Positions 18,927-28,010 of a stretch of DNA of 31,481 bases are shown piece after piece. Position numbers and translations under genes: made by a program. Source of the DNA: Bdellovibrionales bacterium (GTDB lineage Bacteria; Bdellovibrionota; Bdellovibrionia; Bdellovibrionales; UBA840); the NCBI GenBank assembly GCA_037969075.1, contig JBBKWS010000040.1:1-31481 (forward strand). The letters run 5' to 3'. The notes under the pieces were generated by a model, which was not told the origin of the DNA, did not search any database, and saw nothing but the letters and a program-made list of their open reading frames with translations. Every line of letters begins with the position of its first letter. Position 1 is the stretch's first letter.

Positions 18927-19640
18927 TTATTCTAGGTAATTTTTTTGTCGAAAGAGTTTCTTTAGAGCTGCTCGCTCTTTTTCTTCTCTTGCTTTCTTTT
19001 GCTCTAATAGATTATTCTTCTCTTGTTCTTGTGCGATTTGGCGCTCTGCCTCTTGCTTGTACACAAGACTCGCTTCCCCTGCCTTTGTTGCATAAAAAGT
19101 CTCTCGAGCTTCAATTTTATCTATATACTCTTTAGCCTCTGTAAATGTTGTAAAAAAATCTATGGCCGAATTAACATCTATAGGGCTAAACACTTCTTGC
19201 TTTGCTTTACCGGTTAATACGTTGACCGCATAGAAGCTGGTCTGAAATCCAACGGGAAACTCACTAAAGGTATCATTTGTTATGCTTTTATAAGTTAGCT
19301 TTCCCTCAAGGTTTTTTACGTGTAGACGGCCATTTACTAAGTAAAATTGAGCCTGACATCTCTCACATATAAATGTGGCAAATGAGCTCTCTATTTGTGT
19401 TGTTTGACGAGAGGTAACGGATACATTTCCTGAAATTAATTCTACCGTATCGCTATCTAATATTGATGCGATAGCATTTGGCTGCAAAAGAACACTAACA
19501 CCTTCGTTTTTTAATTGATAGCCGTCTTGATTCTTATTCCAGACTGAACACTTCTGTCCCGATTCAACCAAACAGTTTTTTGGAGTTACAATTACACTGG
19601 CAGACGCTAGCATAAGTAAAATATTAATTATTAGAGCCAT
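18927..19640 (-). CDS. Exported hypothetical protein, FecR-like beta domain plus C-terminal coiled coil
   Basis: Signal-like N-terminus, VELISGNV...IESSFATF...V..LEGKL beta pattern, EQEK-rich helical tail. Start ATG 19640 (track gives TTG 19646). Confidence 0.55.
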   Translation of the reverse strand: MALIINILLMLASASVIVTPKNCLVESGQKCSVWNKNQDGYQLKNEGVSVLLQPNAIASILDSDTVELISGNVSVTSRQTTQIESSFATFICERCQAQFYLVNGRLHVKNLEGKLTYKSITNDTFSEFPVGFQTSFYAVNVLTGKAKQEVFSPIDVNSAIDFFTTFTEAKEYIDKIEARETFYATKAGEASLVYKQEAERQIAQEQEKNNLLEQKKAREEKERAALKKLFRQKNYLE

Positions 19641-20307
19641 GCCCAACTCGTTTCAGGCCCTCAGTAGCTGATAATACAATCTGCGGGTCATAGTTAAATT
19701 TTTCAGCTATAAATCTGTATAGATACTTTGCCTTATCCTCATCTCCCTCTTGCAGAAAATACTCACAAAGACGAAGCAGAGCATAGCCTGTTAAATAAGA
19801 CTCAGGATATAATTGTAACATGTTCTGTATGATATGAGATACTTCTTCTCTTTTTCCTAAGTAATGTTTTGCCTCCATCAATAGAAATGTAGCTTCAGGC
19901 GCCAAAGGATGATCTGCTTTTTTTTGATAAATTGACTCAAGTCCGTCTACCACCAGCTCAAACTTACCTTCGCTAAAATACTTTTTTGCTGCATCTAGTT
20001 TTTCATTTGTAGTATCAAACGTAAAGCCACCTTCTTCTTTACTAATTACACTGGCGATATTTCTAGCTGTGTAAGGATTTTTTTTAATTGCATCTGGCAT
20101 CTGCATAGCAATACTTTGTTGATAATCAAACTGTTGCTTTTGAGCCAAAGTATTCTCTAGTTCAGCCCTATCTAAACTTTCTTGTAAGACACTGATTTTT
20201 TGCTGAAAAAAATGCTCGCCACTATACTTCTCATTAAAATGAGAATGCACGCGGAAAAGCATAAGTCCGATAATACCTGCTGCCACAAAATAAAGTTCTA
20301 ACTTCAT
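19624..20307 (-). CDS. Membrane-anchored TPR protein (BamD/YbgF-like repeats)
   Basis: N-terminal TM, short coiled coil, then AKKYF.EGKF, APEA.FL..EA, LYPES..T.YALL TPR pattern. Confidence 0.7.
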   Translation of the reverse strand: MKLELYFVAAGIIGLMLFRVHSHFNEKYSGEHFFQQKISVLQESLDRAELENTLAQKQQFDYQQSIAMQMPDAIKKNPYTARNIASVISKEEGGFTFDTTNEKLDAAKKYFSEGKFELVVDGLESIYQKKADHPLAPEATFLLMEAKHYLGKREEVSHIIQNMLQLYPESYLTGYALLRLCEYFLQEGDEDKAKYLYRFIAEKFNYDPQIVLSATEGLKRVGHGSNN

Positions 20308-20313
20308 GACTAT

Positions 20314-20341
20314 ATATCGGCATTTTATGAATGAATTTTGA
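20314..20341 (-). promoter_or_regulatory. Candidate sigma28 (FliA) promoter, leaderless
   Basis: Minus strand TCAA-N16-GCCGATAT followed by 6 nt and ATG 20307; no SD. Confidence 0.55.
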
Positions 20342-20345
20342 GATG

Positions 20346-20375
20346 AAAAAGCAAAGCTAGACGTAAATCTAGCTT
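20346..20375 (-). terminator. Intrinsic terminator after the GYF_2 gene
   Basis: AAGCTAGA-tttacg-TCTAGCTT hairpin at the stop codon, followed by TGCTTTTT on the minus strand. Confidence 0.55.
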
Positions 20376-21087
20376 ATAAATAAAGACTTAGGGAGCTTTT
20401 ACCCCAGATCGCAATAGCTAAGCTTAAAATAAGACAAAAGAATGAAAACACCCACCATCTTCGTCTCTTATTAACTAAGGGTTTATAGTATTCGGGAAAC
20501 TTTTCTACTGGTTTAATTGTTTTTGTAGTTTTTTGCAGCGCGCCCAGTGGGAACTTCTCTTCTTCGAAAAGTGGAATCTGCTCATAAAAAGAATCTCGCG
20601 CAGGCTTATTAGTCATTATATGTGATTCAATATTCTTTAAACTGACTTCCGCTTTCTCACTCAAAGATGCAACTACATCGTCATCTTCTTTTGGGATAAA
20701 AGCATCTACTGACCCTACCCTTTTCCACTCAGACATTCCTTGTTGCCAAACGTAATCCGAATAATCGGCACTACCCTGATAAATTTTAGATAGTAGTTCA
20801 ACAGTAGAATATGGTCCGTTTTGAGTGTAGCTATTTGTTTGTGGATTAAATTGTAATAAAACCCATTTATCATGCCAATTTTCTTCAAATGGCAATTTAT
20901 CAGTAGTTGAGTTTATAAAGTGATCTTTAAAATCCTCTGACTCTGCGGCTAACTTCCATTCTACCTGCTCGGCTCTTCTAACCCAGTCAGTAGATTGAAT
21001 ACGCTTAGATTCAAAGGAAGAAAGTACTTCTTCTTCTTGCCAAGGCCCTAACAGCTGATTTTCTTTGCAGACGTACCAAAGTTGCAT
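20374..21087 (-). CDS. Double GYF_2 (DUF4339) domain protein with C-terminal membrane anchor
   Basis: Two repeats of W.....GP....E.......I...D.VW..G..EW, then RRRWW and a hydrophobic tail. Confidence 0.8.
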   Translation of the reverse strand: MQLWYVCKENQLLGPWQEEEVLSSFESKRIQSTDWVRRAEQVEWKLAAESEDFKDHFINSTTDKLPFEENWHDKWVLLQFNPQTNSYTQNGPYSTVELLSKIYQGSADYSDYVWQQGMSEWKRVGSVDAFIPKEDDDVVASLSEKAEVSLKNIESHIMTNKPARDSFYEQIPLFEEEKFPLGALQKTTKTIKPVEKFPEYYKPLVNKRRRWWVFSFFCLILSLAIAIWGKSSLSLYL

Positions 21088-21160
21088 ATCTTATGTTCCC
21101 CAGCTCAGCCTAGCAAAAAGTCGCACTTTGTCCACAATTCCTTCGATTTATAGGTCGCGC

Positions 21161-21190
21161 TTGCCTAAAGGCTAGTTTTGAGTTCATAAT
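21161..21190 (+). promoter_or_regulatory. Candidate sigma70 promoter for the VKOR-DsbA gene
   Basis: TTGCCT-N18-CATAAT, 8 nt before ATG 21199; no SD. Confidence 0.45.
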
Positions 21191-21198
21191 CTTATCAT

Positions 21199-22341
21199 AT
21201 GAAAAATAAAAAAATACTCACCACATTGGCCATCGTATTTACATTAATCAGTCTTCTGCTTTTGGCATACTTATCCATCAAGCATTATGACTTAAAATCA
21301 GGAACCTCCACCTCGGGTAGTATGTGTAATATTAGCGAAACCTTTAACTGTGATGCCGTCAGCGCATCCAGTTACTCAGAGTTACTATCTATTCCCGTCA
21401 GTGTTTGGGGCTTGGTTGCACAAATTTCTTTGTTACTCTTACTAGTGATCTATTATTTTTCAAGTTCATCAAATGCATTAAGAATGTCTTTCATTATAGC
21501 CACGATTAATATAGCCGCCGTTATTGTCATGGGAGCTATAACTGTAATGTTTCTCTCTACATACTGCCTGTTTTGCTTACTATCCTATCTTAGTATCTTT
21601 GCCACTTTTATTTGTGTGTGGAAATTACAAGAAGGATTTTCTTTTAATTTTTTTAAAAATGAGAGTCGAATCTATTTAGCCTTTCTTTTGGGTGTCCCCG
21701 CTGCCGCCTACATCACTAACGACATGGCATTAGGCGAATCATATAGAAACTTAGAGAAGGGCCTTGGATTTTATATAATGCAGTGGAAAAATGCTCCTGA
21801 AAAAGAAATTCCCTTACTAGATGCAGCTAGCTACGGAGCCAGCGAAGATACAGCCAAAATGACTATTGTCGAATTTGCCGATTTCAACTGTATTCACTGC
21901 AAACATGCAGCCCCTGTTCTACACTCTTTTGTTAAAGCACACCCTGACACAAGGTTAATTTTTTATCACTTTCCACTTGATGGTGCCTGCAACCCTTCAA
22001 TACAAAGGCAAGGTGTCTCTTGTGATATGGCAAAAGCTGTCCATTGCAGTCACAAACTCACCGCTAAAGGCTGGGAAAGTCACAAAGCAATGTTCGAAAC
22101 AGAAAAGCCGCAGAGTTTAGATGAGGCAATAGAGATCATTAAAACTCAAACAGGTATAGATAGCGAGGAGTTAAGTGCCTGCATGCAAAATGCAGATACA
22201 TTAAAAGAAATAGTAACTCAGGCTAAACTTGGAACCGAATTAGGGGTTCAAGGAACACCTACAATCTTTGTAAATAAAAAGCTTTTGCAGGGCGGGAATA
22301 TGCTGCCTGTATTAAAAGAGGCTTATAAAAATATTAAGTAA
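21199..22341 (+). CDS. VKOR-family disulfide-bond formation protein fused to a DsbA-like thioredoxin domain
   Basis: VKOR loop Cys pair (CNISETFNCDAV..S.YS....IPV..WG) and TM CLFC. C-terminal TIVEFADFNCIHC, HFPL and GVQGTPT. Confidence 0.92.
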   Translation: MKNKKILTTLAIVFTLISLLLLAYLSIKHYDLKSGTSTSGSMCNISETFNCDAVSASSYSELLSIPVSVWGLVAQISLLLLLVIYYFSSSSNALRMSFIIATINIAAVIVMGAITVMFLSTYCLFCLLSYLSIFATFICVWKLQEGFSFNFFKNESRIYLAFLLGVPAAAYITNDMALGESYRNLEKGLGFYIMQWKNAPEKEIPLLDAASYGASEDTAKMTIVEFADFNCIHCKHAAPVLHSFVKAHPDTRLIFYHFPLDGACNPSIQRQGVSCDMAKAVHCSHKLTAKGWESHKAMFETEKPQSLDEAIEIIKTQTGIDSEELSACMQNADTLKEIVTQAKLGTELGVQGTPTIFVNKKLLQGGNMLPVLKEAYKNIK

Positions 22342-22923
22342 TTACTTTTGTTCGATAATGTAAATAAGCCAGTTGAAAATCTGGCTAGCTACCGTGGTAA
22401 TCGGGCTACCCACCGTATGAAGAGCCTCAGTCAATGCCAACATAAAAATAATCGCGCCAAAACAAAGTGTTGCTGTTCGCATTACCCACATTGTTGAACG
22501 AATGTCTTGAATCTTTAAATCATTCGTAACCTTATCTATGCGCCCTAATATTGAACTTAAATCATGTCCATAAACCATGATCCTCTCGCGAACCTGCTTT
22601 TGCTGAGCCGCCCGCAAGCTCTCAAAGTTTGGTATGTGTTTTAAGTTATGTATTGCATCTAGTAACTCCGAGCAGTGAGCAAAATAATGTTTTGTCCTAA
22701 ACTCAAAGCCAGGAGTATGTATGTTTTGCTGTTGATAAAATTTAAGCTCTTGCTTTGCTGATTCAAAACTGCCTGATTTAGCTAGACTTAAGACTGTATG
22801 CTTTAAACTGTCACTGGACCCCATAAGAGAAATAAAATCAGATCTTAACTCAACTTCAGCCTGATTTAAGCTTAAATCATCACTTAACTGCCGGTTTAAG
22901 TTGTCAAATTTTTCTGCGCCCAT
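22342..22923 (-). CDS. Hypothetical helical protein with C-terminal TM segment
   Basis: 193-aa ORF filling the gap between two plus-strand genes; hydrophobic TATLCFGAIIFMLAL segment. Confidence 0.7.
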   Translation of the reverse strand: MGAEKFDNLNRQLSDDLSLNQAEVELRSDFISLMGSSDSLKHTVLSLAKSGSFESAKQELKFYQQQNIHTPGFEFRTKHYFAHCSELLDAIHNLKHIPNFESLRAAQQKQVRERIMVYGHDLSSILGRIDKVTNDLKIQDIRSTMWVMRTATLCFGAIIFMLALTEALHTVGSPITTVASQIFNWLIYIIEQK

Positions 22924-22929
22924 ACTTAG

Positions 22930-22956
22930 GTATCGGCGTTTAATAGCCCTACTAAA
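22930..22956 (-). promoter_or_regulatory. Candidate sigma28 (FliA) promoter, leaderless
   Basis: Minus strand TTTA-N15-GCCGATAC followed by 6 nt and ATG 22923; no SD. Confidence 0.5.
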
Positions 22957-22980
22957 GTGTGGCCCAAAGAAACCCTACTT

Positions 22981-23010
22981 TTGACAAGTCCTGCTTCAGT
23001 TTGAGACAAT
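22981..23010 (+). promoter_or_regulatory. sigma70-type promoter
   Basis: Perfect TTGACA-N18-GACAAT with TGn extended -10. Confidence 0.6.
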
Positions 23011-23047
23011 AACCAGGTAGGCCATGGCCAATTCACGGAGGATTAAA

Positions 23048-23989
23048 ATGAAAGATGTGATTTCTAGGACGGAAATACCTTTACCAAACGAAGTACCGCC
23101 ACCTAATTATATGACAAAAGATCCTGCTACTGATGAAATGTTAAAGCAAAATCAAGATTTATTAGCACGAGTAGCCGTAAGTCTTAGGCGCGTGGGTGAA
23201 TTAGAACTTCAAATACAACAATACAACGAGAAAATTCAACACTTAAAAAGTCAAAATCAAGCTATATCTGACTCTTCACTTTTGAATAGAGAGCTGGTTA
23301 TACAAAAAGAGAATGAGTTAAAAAACATAAAATCATTACTGGTACAATCTGAGAAAGAATATGCAAAACTATACTCCTTACACAAGGGAGACGTTGCTAC
23401 TTTTAACTCTGAAAATGAAGAGTTAAAAATGACAGTCACTAGATTGAATAAATTCAAACAAAAAGTGCAAGATAAAATCAAACCTTACTTTCAAGATTTG
23501 GCCGCTAAAATCACCTACCTACAGGGACAGGCTGAAGAACTCGAAAGAGAGAACCATCTCTTACAGTCCCGTGTTGGACAATTGCAACAAGAAATAAAAA
23601 AATCTGAAGTTACTCACAGTGATAACATTGACACCGTCATCAACGAATGGAAAATTCGCATGGAGCATATGGAAGAGATATTATGCCTAGAGAGAGAAAA
23701 AAGTGATCAGATGCAAAGCAAAATGCGCAAAATGAATCAGCGCATGAATTTATTAGATAATATTGACGACGAATATACTCTTGCAAAAAATCGGGCTATC
23801 TCTGCCGAGAGATCTAAATTTGAATCTGAAAGAAAATTTGAAGAGCAAATAAGAAAAATGCAGCAGACAGTGCTTGAATTAAAAGGAAAACTACAGCAAC
23901 AAGATTTAGAGAAAAAGCTTGTAGAGCAGAAGTTAAATGATTTTATTAGTTTTCAAGATCACTCTGATTTAAATCATGTGGAGCAATAA
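23048..23989 (+). CDS. Coiled-coil hypothetical protein
   Basis: Pro-rich head (IPLPNEVPPP) followed by continuous heptad-like helix. ATG 23048 has GGAGG 6 nt upstream; the track gives 23024. Confidence 0.8.
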   Translation: MKDVISRTEIPLPNEVPPPNYMTKDPATDEMLKQNQDLLARVAVSLRRVGELELQIQQYNEKIQHLKSQNQAISDSSLLNRELVIQKENELKNIKSLLVQSEKEYAKLYSLHKGDVATFNSENEELKMTVTRLNKFKQKVQDKIKPYFQDLAAKITYLQGQAEELERENHLLQSRVGQLQQEIKKSEVTHSDNIDTVINEWKIRMEHMEEILCLEREKSDQMQSKMRKMNQRMNLLDNIDDEYTLAKNRAISAERSKFESERKFEEQIRKMQQTVLELKGKLQQQDLEKKLVEQKLNDFISFQDHSDLNHVEQ

Positions 23990-24362
23990 TTGGCTCTACT
24001 TCAATGGCGACTACAACATCAGGAGATTCAAAGCTTTTGATAGCTTCAAACTCAGTGGCAAAAACAGCTAAAGGCACTTGCTTTGTTTCTTCCATACTTT
24101 GAAATAACTTAATAAACTCCTTAGCCATGCTTACATATTTTATGCGGGTCATTGGCACTCGCTGTAAATTAGCAAGTATATTCAAAAAACTCGTAACTCC
24201 ACAAGAACCAACAAAGGATAGGGCCTCAAGATTAAAGACAATATTGTGACCCTTAAGTTCATAGCGGCATAAATCAATAAAACCATCTAATGTCTCGTAA
24301 TCAACCTTACCAACAAGATCCACACTGATGATTTGCTTTGACTTACGAATTCTAGCTTGCAT
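23946..24362 (-). CDS. STAS-domain protein (anti-sigma factor antagonist-like)
   Basis: V.L.G.VD...IVFNL..LSFVGSCG pattern retaining the phospho-acceptor Ser position; F.TE.EA tail; SD GGAG. Confidence 0.82.
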   Translation of the reverse strand: MQARIRKSKQIISVDLVGKVDYETLDGFIDLCRYELKGHNIVFNLEALSFVGSCGVTSFLNILANLQRVPMTRIKYVSMAKEFIKLFQSMEETKQVPLAVFATEFEAIKSFESPDVVVAIEVEPIIAPHDLNQSDLEN

Positions 24363-24438
24363 ATTAACTCCGAATAGAAAATTATATATTTAAGTATAAA
24401 TTAGCATTGCTAGTTTGCAACATACAAAGGGCCTAGTC

Positions 24439-25308
24439 TTGACTGCAATTGAATTAAACACCACTACATTAAAACCAGGACTATATTTAATTGCAATGCC
24501 TATAGGAAACCCTAAGGATATTGGTCTAAGGTCCATCGAGACTTTGTTGTCTGCAGATATCATCGCTTGTGAGGACACTCGCACATTTCAAAATACTATG
24601 AGTCAAATTATAAGTCATAAATGGAATGTAATAGCTCACCACAAAAACAATGAATCTCAATCTGCTGATGGCATTTTAGAACTTATAAAAACAGGAAAAT
24701 CAGTTTGCTTAGTCTCGGATGCGGGCACATTAAATATTTCTGACCCAGGTTCGAAAGCTTTGAAAAAAGTTTTAGAAAACAATCTTTTTGTAACCAGTCT
24801 CCCCGGTCCTTCAGCCCTTGCTACAGCCCTTTCAATGTACCCAATACTATCTTACATTAGCTTCTTTGGGTTTGCACCCAACAAAGAAAGTGACAAAAAA
24901 AAACTTTTCATTAAATTACAACAACGAGAAGACAGCCTGGCATTTTTTGAAAGCCCGCATCGCCTTGTTGAAACTCTCAAAATAGCAAAAGATACTTTTT
25001 TTGGCAGAAAAATCTTTATTGGAAGAGAGATTTCAAAAAAGTATGAGGAATATATTTACTCTACAATAGATGAGGCCATAGACACCTATAGTAGCAGCGC
25101 ACCAAAGGGTGAGTTTGTTATCATATTCACACCATCAGACGTAGTAGAAAATAATGATGAGCTGGTTAAAAGCTATATCTCGGAACTTTTACTAGAAAAA
25201 CTGAGTAACAAAGATATTTTAGAAAGAGTAAAATTAAAATATGAAGTAAAGCGAAATGAAGTTTACAGCTGGATTGAAAGTTTAAAAGAGGACGATGGCC
25301 GTGATTAA
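24439..25308 (+). CDS. rsmI: 16S rRNA (cytidine1402-2'-O)-methyltransferase RsmI
   Basis: LY.IA.PIGN..DI..R, ACEDTR, LVSDAGT..ISDPG, PGPSA, FESPHR, REISK.YEE and KGEF motifs. Start is TTG 24439 or 24415. Confidence 0.95.
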   Translation: MTAIELNTTTLKPGLYLIAMPIGNPKDIGLRSIETLLSADIIACEDTRTFQNTMSQIISHKWNVIAHHKNNESQSADGILELIKTGKSVCLVSDAGTLNISDPGSKALKKVLENNLFVTSLPGPSALATALSMYPILSYISFFGFAPNKESDKKKLFIKLQQREDSLAFFESPHRLVETLKIAKDTFFGRKIFIGREISKKYEEYIYSTIDEAIDTYSSSAPKGEFVIIFTPSDVVENNDELVKSYISELLLEKLSNKDILERVKLKYEVKRNEVYSWIESLKEDDGRD

Positions 25309-27982
25309 AATAAAGCATCTATTAAAAAGATTATTTCAGTTTTCAGCTTTTAAGTTAGGGCTACTTGTTACTATCCTTTTTTGTGTTTTAGCCAGAGATT
25401 ACTATCTATACCGTGTATCTGAACAATCAAAAATCAAGGGCATACAAAGCTTCTTGCAACAATTACACCTGAAATCAATTGACTACCGCATGTTACTTCG
25501 TGGGGATAGAAAAGGGTCAAAAGATGTTGCCATTTTAACAGTAGACGAAGAAGCATTAAATAAGATTGGGAGATGGCCTTTTTCTAGAGATGTATTTGCA
25601 CACATCATTGATAGCACTATTAACTTAGGTGCTAAAATGATTGCGTTTGATATTATATTTTCTGAAAAAAATATCACCGAAACCCTCAGTTCCTTAGATC
25701 GATTAAAGCAACAAAAGTACAAAGACCCAGTCATTTATCAGCGCATCGAAGAAGAAATTAATAAGGCAAATACTGACACCACGCTTGCCACAACCATTGA
25801 AAAGCACGCAGATCACTTAGTGCTAGGAACTTTTTATGAGCCGTCATCATACCTTATACAAGGCGCCAACGAGAGCTGTGCAAATCTAATTTACACTGAC
25901 AGACCCGCCTACCACTTCATACAATCCCAAGAGCTTGCTGTTGCCACTACTGATATTGCCGCTGTTACTTTACCCGACGAAGTTTTGTCCTTTTTAGAGC
26001 TACAATTAAGCTCTATTGCAATCCACACTAAATCACTGCATTCTGACATTACAGAAAAACAACTTGAAAAACTTATTCTTAATGATCAATTAATTTATTG
26101 CGCCACTTGGCTTTACCCCAATCAAGACAAAAGCCTTCCTGACTTTAAAAAGCATTTACAGGCTTGGCTTCCCCAATCTAAAGATTTCTCTACTCTAAAT
26201 GCAGACCAATTTTTAGATGTTCTTAGGTACAGCGTTACTTCTAGTCACATTGTAAGGGCTGAGCACTTAGTTACCAATATTCCCGAATACAATGAGAAAA
26301 CGAAACACTTTGGGTACTTCAATGCTTTTTTAGACAAAGATGGGACGATCAGAAGATCTAACTTAATTGCTAAATACGGTGATATTTATTTTCCATCTAT
26401 TTCTCTTAAAACAATTATGAGATTAAAAAACAATGCCGCTATTTTTACAGAACAACCTGACCCGGTATCTCCCCAGTTAACTGGAATTAAAGATTTTCAA
26501 CTTTTAAATTTAGATTCGGGTGATATCGTTGCAACTCTGCCACTAGATTTGACCGCAGCACTTCGAATTAATTATGCTGGTCCACAAAAAATGTTTCCTC
26601 ATATAAGTGTAGCCGAATTATTTAACAAAAAAGATACTGCAGTCATCACAATGAGAACTAATGGCAAAGAAGAAAAATACACAGTAAAAAAATCTGAATG
26701 GTTTAAAGATAAAATATTTGTTCTAGGAGCGACGGCAGTTGGTATTTATGATTTACGAGTCACACCTTTTGAAGAGAACTTTCCAGGAGTAGAAACTCAT
26801 GCCAATGTAATCGATAACTTATTAAGAAACGACTTCTTGTTAGATTTACCGAATGAAGTTGAATACATGTTCTATATTCTATTAATAACCGGCATCTTAA
26901 TCAGCCTGGCCATGGCAAAACTTGGCGCCATCTACGGATCGCTCTTTGCAGCGGCAGCCGTAGCTTCCACCCTCTACGTAGACTTTGAGTTTTTCTATAA
27001 AAAAGGATTAGTAATAAATATTATTTTACCTCTTGCATTAATCGTTACGCTCTATATTGGACTCACAATCTTTAAATACTTTACTGAAGAAAAAAATAAG
27101 CGTGAACTTAAGGGTACATTTCAAAAATATGTATCCCCTGCAATTGTCGAAGAAGTATTAAGAGATGCCAAAAATATCGAGCTTGGTGGTAAAAAAATTC
27201 GTATGAGCGTTTTATTTTCTGATGTTAGAGGGTTCACAACTATCTCTGAAAAGTTAGACCCTAAAGCACTCGGTGATTTTTTAAACTCATATTTAACGCC
27301 AATGACTGAACTTGTATTTAAAAATAAAGGTACTCTGGATAAGTATATGGGCGATGCAGTGATGGCATTCTTTGGCGCTCCGATACAGTACGCTGACCAT
27401 GCAAAAATGGCATGCCTTTGTGCTCTTGATATGATGGCAAAACTTGATGGGCTCAATAAGATCTACCAAACGCAGGGCCTCCCACCAATAGACATAGGAA
27501 TAGGTGTAAACACAGGAGAAATGAGCGTAGGAAATATGGGATCTGAAACAGTTAGAAGCTATACTGTGATGGGGGATGCTGTAAACTTAGGCTCGAGACT
27601 AGAAGGCATTAATAAAGAATATGGTACTAACATCATAATTTCTGAGTTTACAAATGGGGATGTAAAGTCCGCATTTATCACTCGTGAAATTGACCGCGTG
27701 CGAGTTAAGGGGAAATTAGAACCTGTAAAAATATTCGAATTGGTAGGAGCTTTAAATAGCTTTAAAAATGCACAAAAAATTGAGGTCGTTCAAATCTTTA
27801 ATACAGGATATGAGCTATATAGCGCCGGGAAGTTTAGTGAAGCAGCAAAAATCTTTGAAAATGCATTAGAAATACTACCTGATGATGGCCCTTCTCTTCT
27901 CTTTAGAGAAAGAGCAGTCGCATACATTGCCGAACCACCGCCAACAGGGTGGGACGGGGTATTTGATATGAAGACAAAATAG
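25295..27982 (+). CDS. CHASE2-domain class III adenylate/guanylate cyclase (probably adenylate cyclase) with C-terminal TPR-like tail
   Basis: CHASE2 motifs (VDEE.L..IGRWP.SR, FDIIFSE, D.DG.IRR, INY.GP, DLRVTP, PGVE.HA), three TM helices, catalytic FSDVRGFT, DKYMGDAVMA, YTVMGDAVNLGSRLEG. Confidence 0.93.
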   Translation: MAVIKIKHLLKRLFQFSAFKLGLLVTILFCVLARDYYLYRVSEQSKIKGIQSFLQQLHLKSIDYRMLLRGDRKGSKDVAILTVDEEALNKIGRWPFSRDVFAHIIDSTINLGAKMIAFDIIFSEKNITETLSSLDRLKQQKYKDPVIYQRIEEEINKANTDTTLATTIEKHADHLVLGTFYEPSSYLIQGANESCANLIYTDRPAYHFIQSQELAVATTDIAAVTLPDEVLSFLELQLSSIAIHTKSLHSDITEKQLEKLILNDQLIYCATWLYPNQDKSLPDFKKHLQAWLPQSKDFSTLNADQFLDVLRYSVTSSHIVRAEHLVTNIPEYNEKTKHFGYFNAFLDKDGTIRRSNLIAKYGDIYFPSISLKTIMRLKNNAAIFTEQPDPVSPQLTGIKDFQLLNLDSGDIVATLPLDLTAALRINYAGPQKMFPHISVAELFNKKDTAVITMRTNGKEEKYTVKKSEWFKDKIFVLGATAVGIYDLRVTPFEENFPGVETHANVIDNLLRNDFLLDLPNEVEYMFYILLITGILISLAMAKLGAIYGSLFAAAAVASTLYVDFEFFYKKGLVINIILPLALIVTLYIGLTIFKYFTEEKNKRELKGTFQKYVSPAIVEEVLRDAKNIELGGKKIRMSVLFSDVRGFTTISEKLDPKALGDFLNSYLTPMTELVFKNKGTLDKYMGDAVMAFFGAPIQYADHAKMACLCALDMMAKLDGLNKIYQTQGLPPIDIGIGVNTGEMSVGNMGSETVRSYTVMGDAVNLGSRLEGINKEYGTNIIISEFTNGDVKSAFITREIDRVRVKGKLEPVKIFELVGALNSFKNAQKIEVVQIFNTGYELYSAGKFSEAAKIFENALEILPDDGPSLLFRERAVAYIAEPPPTGWDGVFDMKTK

Positions 27983-28010
27983 CTAGACAAACCCACGATA
28001 CTTATCGATC

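Noticed and set aside
21128..21136. TTGTCCACA DnaA-box-like 9-mer
   Set aside because: Single copy with no cluster, unwinding element or dnaA/dnaN context; not an origin.
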